NCBI GenBank assembly: GCA_965116025.1
Contig: OZ220480.1
Location: forward strand, 1,824,001 to 1,888,000
Reading direction: 5' to 3'
DNA: 64,000 nt
Source: an uncultured candidatus Porisulfidus sp.
Lineage (GTDB): Bacteria; Pseudomonadota; Gammaproteobacteria; Poriferisulfidales; Poriferisulfidaceae
The translations under genes were made by a program, and so were the position numbers. Below the pieces are notes generated by a model, which saw only the letters and a program-made list of their open reading frames with translations, ran no database searches and had not been told where the DNA came from. Below are positions 61,010-64,000 of the stretch, one piece after another. Every line of letters begins with the position of its first letter. Position 1 is the first letter of the stretch.

Positions 61010-64000
61010 TCAGAAGCGAACTTTCAGCAGGACGCTCGCGCCGTAATCATGATTGTCGCCGTCCGACGCCACGTAGTGAGCGTCCCCCGAGAGCGTCGAC
61101 TCTCCCTTCTCATTCAACACCATCACACCCCCGACGCCCAAACGCGCCCACGTGGACTCCGCCTCCGAGCGCAAGCGCGACCCCGACGCCATCGCCTCCC
61201 GGCTCTCCGAGAGCTCGCGCTCCACGTCCAATGAGGCGTACGTCTGACCGTTCTCCAATAACGCCCCGATCCGCGCCCTCACGCTGTCCTCCGAGCGGAA
61301 CGACACTCTTCCGCTTCCAGTAACGCCCGACACGTCGGCGAAGCCGTCGACGTCCACCCAGGTCCACGTCAATCCCCCGCGCGGAACCAGCGCGAAGCCG
61401 TCCATCTCCATGCGCCTGCCGACCTCCACGCCGATCGCGTGGCCCTCGCCGTCCAGACCGGACGCCACCATCCCACGCGCCTCTGAACTCAAATCAATGT
61501 CCTCGAAACGCGTGTACGAGAGCTCCCCGTCCGCGTACCAGCCATCCTCACCCCGCCAGGTCGCCGAAGCCCCGACGCCCACGCCCGAGACCTCGATCTT
61601 CCCGCCGCGCGCGACGTCCGCCTCGCCGTCACGGTAGTGCGCGCTCGCGCCCAGCGTCAGCCCTGGCGCGTCCGTGGGAACGACCAAGCCCGTCTCCACG
61701 CCCCAGCGCTCGAAGTCCCAAGACAAATCATGCCCGGCCGTGTCCATCGCGGTCGTGGACATATCCGCCTCGCGCTCGCCGTCGCTCGCCATGACCCGCG
61801 CCCAAACGCCCCCGCCGTCCCGCGTCGCTGACAACCGCGCCTGACGACCGCCCGGCGCGCTCATCTCCAGCAGCACCGACGGCAGCGCCTCGTACACCCT
61901 AGCTCGGGCGTGATACGCCCGACCCGACTCCTCGAACTGATGCCCGCCCTCGATCATCTTCAGGGTGACTCTGGAGACGTCGTACACGCCGCGCGTCTCG
62001 AGACCCGGACTGAGCGTGTATTCCCCGCCCACCTTCACCCCATCGAAGGTCGTCGTTCCGCTGTTGAGCATCTTCCCCTTGACGTAGCCAATGCGTCCGA
62101 CCGCGTCCTTCTTCATGGTGATGGTCAGCCCCCCGTCCGACTTCACCGCGGTTCCAGACGCAGCCTCGACTTTCGCCTTCGGCCCGATCACCAGCGTTCC
62201 GCCATTCACCATCCGAACGCCGGCGCGCTCGCCGGCGCCGCCCATCACCTTGCCGTTGATGGTGACCGTCTGGTCGTATTGCCCCGCCCGGGCGTGGCTG
62301 GCGACGAACGTCCGCTTGCCCTTGACGTGAACGCCGTCCTTCTTGGCCCGGATCGTCGCCATCTCTCCCACCGTGACCTCAATCTTCCCGGCTTTCGGCG
62401 CGTCCTCGTCCTCGTAGACGGTGGCGGTCTCCGCGTGCACGCCATGCCCGTCCGCCATGATCGTCCCGCCAGCCACGTCGATCATGATCGGGATGATCGT
62501 CTCAATGTCCCGTATCCCCGCCGTGTCCTCCAGATCCTTGACATAAGCGAGAATTCCGTCGCCCTTCGACGTGATGTCCGCTTTCGACGTGATCTCGATC
62601 TTCCCGATCTTGGCCTCGTAGGTGGAGGGGGCTTGAGAGTCGACCGCCGTCTCGTCGGAAGCCGCCTGGGGCTCCGAGCCCCCATGAATGGCGAGAATGC
62701 CGGCGGTCCGGGGCTTCAGGCCCGCCAACTCCGTCTGGTGATCCTCCGTGAGCGCGGAGAAGGCGTTGGGCTGGTCGCCCGCGACTATCTCTCCCGCTAG
62801 ATGCTTCGCGACCACGTCGCCCTGGCTGATATGCAAAGCGACCACCCCCGACCCCTTCGCGTGGATGAGACCCTCGTTGGTGACCATGAGATCAATCTCG
62901 TTATCCGCGTCTTCGGTCTCGACGAACACGCCGCTCTCGCCGACCGGCGTCTCCGCGGTCCCGATCCGCGCGCCGGACACCACGGCCACCCGGGTCGTTC
63001 CCTCAGTGACTTGGTTGCGAACGTACACGCCATGGCCGCCAGCCTGAGCGATCACGCCCGCCAGGTCGATTTCGATATCGCCGCCCGCATGATTGGAATA
63101 AACATCGATCCCGTGAAGATCCTCCGCCTTGATCGTCCCCCCGGTCACCTTGACCGCGACCGGAACCACCGAATCGTCGTCCCCTCGCGTGTCGATGTGA
63201 ATGCCACTCCTGCGGGCGTCGATGTCGCCGCTTGAGGTGATCATGATCGTGCTGCTGGGATTATCGGCGGCGCCCTCGGTCGTATCCGTGTGGTTGACGA
63301 TTATGCCGTCTGAGTTGAAGAGACTGAGATCATCGTTATACAGCGTGGCCTTTCCGCCCGAGAGCGTTTTCGCGTACAGCGGCCGTTGCCTCAGGCTCCG
63401 GATCGTCCCGTGGTTCGTGACGGTGATATCGCCCCCCTTGGAGAGATGGACCACCACGCCCTTGCTGGTCACGCTCCCCTTCGCCGTTTCGACGGCGATG
63501 TCTCCAGAACCTTGATTAAGTACCTGAATTCCCCGGTAATACCCGTAGATCTCGCCCCGGTTCACGATCGAGACAGCGCCCTCGGCGGAAGAACTGCTGT
63601 AATACGCGAAGACGCCGGTCCGGCCCACCGGAACGTCCTCGGTTCCGATCCTCGTCTCGGCCCCAATCACGACCTCGATCTTGTCCTCCCTGTTGACATT
63701 GCCGGCTCTGTCGTTCTGGACGAAGACCCCGAAGTTCTGACTGCCCCGCCGATACTGGGGAGCGATGAAAGTCGCGGTTTCCTCCGTTCCACCGTTATCG
63801 AATGTGGCTTCGGTGGGCGAAGTCCAGTCACCGGCCTCGTTCACGATCCTCACCTTGCCTTCCAGCTTGACCGCCAGCGTTCCGCGGCCGACCACTTTGA
63901 TCCCGTTATACCGAGTGTTAGCGTCAGGGGGAAGGAACGACTTGATGGTCGTCATCTCCCCGGAAGGCTTCACGGTCAGCGTCAAGCCCCTCGTCTGACC
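61010..64000 (-). CDS. Autotransporter outer-membrane protein (5'-partial; begins beyond the window)
   Basis: Frame is open to the window end. Gly/Ile/Thr-rich beta-helix-like passenger repeats, linker ARVYEALP, barrel with VWARV and WYADG, C-terminal LKVRF. Confidence 0.9.
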   Translation of the reverse strand, partial: GQTRGLTLTVKPSGEMTTIKSFLPPDANTRYNGIKVVGRGTLAVKLEGKVRIVNEAGDWTSPTEATFDNGGTEETATFIAPQYRRGSQNFGVFVQNDRAGNVNREDKIEVVIGAETRIGTEDVPVGRTGVFAYYSSSSAEGAVSIVNRGEIYGYYRGIQVLNQGSGDIAVETAKGSVTSKGVVVHLSKGGDITVTNHGTIRSLRQRPLYAKTLSGGKATLYNDDLSLFNSDGIIVNHTDTTEGAADNPSSTIMITSSGDIDARRSGIHIDTRGDDDSVVPVAVKVTGGTIKAEDLHGIDVYSNHAGGDIEIDLAGVIAQAGGHGVYVRNQVTEGTTRVAVVSGARIGTAETPVGESGVFVETEDADNEIDLMVTNEGLIHAKGSGVVALHISQGDVVAKHLAGEIVAGDQPNAFSALTEDHQTELAGLKPRTAGILAIHGGSEPQAASDETAVDSQAPSTYEAKIGKIEITSKADITSKGDGILAYVKDLEDTAGIRDIETIIPIMIDVAGGTIMADGHGVHAETATVYEDEDAPKAGKIEVTVGEMATIRAKKDGVHVKGKRTFVASHARAGQYDQTVTINGKVMGGAGERAGVRMVNGGTLVIGPKAKVEAASGTAVKSDGGLTITMKKDAVGRIGYVKGKMLNSGTTTFDGVKVGGEYTLSPGLETRGVYDVSRVTLKMIEGGHQFEESGRAYHARARVYEALPSVLLEMSAPGGRQARLSATRDGGGVWARVMASDGEREADMSTTAMDTAGHDLSWDFERWGVETGLVVPTDAPGLTLGASAHYRDGEADVARGGKIEVSGVGVGASATWRGEDGWYADGELSYTRFEDIDLSSEARGMVASGLDGEGHAIGVEVGRRMEMDGFALVPRGGLTWTWVDVDGFADVSGVTGSGRVSFRSEDSVRARIGALLENGQTYASLDVERELSESREAMASGSRLRSEAESTWARLGVGGVMVLNEKGESTLSGDAHYVASDGDNHDYGASVLLKVRF

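Noticed and set aside
1-64000. CRISPR arrays, rRNA, prophage, retron/DGR reverse transcriptases
   Set aside because: No regularly spaced repeat-spacer array, rRNA signature, phage gene or RT motif was recognised by eye; repeats are confined to coding modules and IS ends.

Overview
64-kb window from a high-GC gammaproteobacterium. Its gene content (modular autotransporter adhesins, a TPR-glycosyltransferase, a solo Type IIG-like RM gene) resembles that of marine-invertebrate symbionts; this lifestyle is inference only. Most of the window is core chromosome, largely on the - strand: rne (partial, + strand), yhdP-maf-rsfS-nadD-recJ, lnt-corC-ybeY-phoH-miaB-ssb-yajR, queC-queE-cpoB-pal-tolBARQ-ybgC-ruvBAC-yebC-nudB-aspS-fmdB-MOSC-serS, tRNA-Arg(ACG), hinT-lptE-leuS, plus nhaA and an AI-2E transporter on the + strand. 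Accessory content: two complete IS elements with IRs and target duplications (IS30 family, IS1380 family), two autotransporters, two split clusters of H4MPT/methylofuran cofactor-biosynthesis genes, a lower-GC fused restriction-methylase, a TMTC-like membrane glycosyltransferase, a TonB-dependent receptor, a frameshifted MOSC gene and an uncalled 57-aa membrane ORF behind a near-consensus promoter. The most notable signal is a C21 homopolymer in the leader of the first autotransporter, which places the Shine-Dalgarno-led start out of frame (candidate phase-variation switch, apparently OFF). No CRISPR array, rRNA or prophage was seen.
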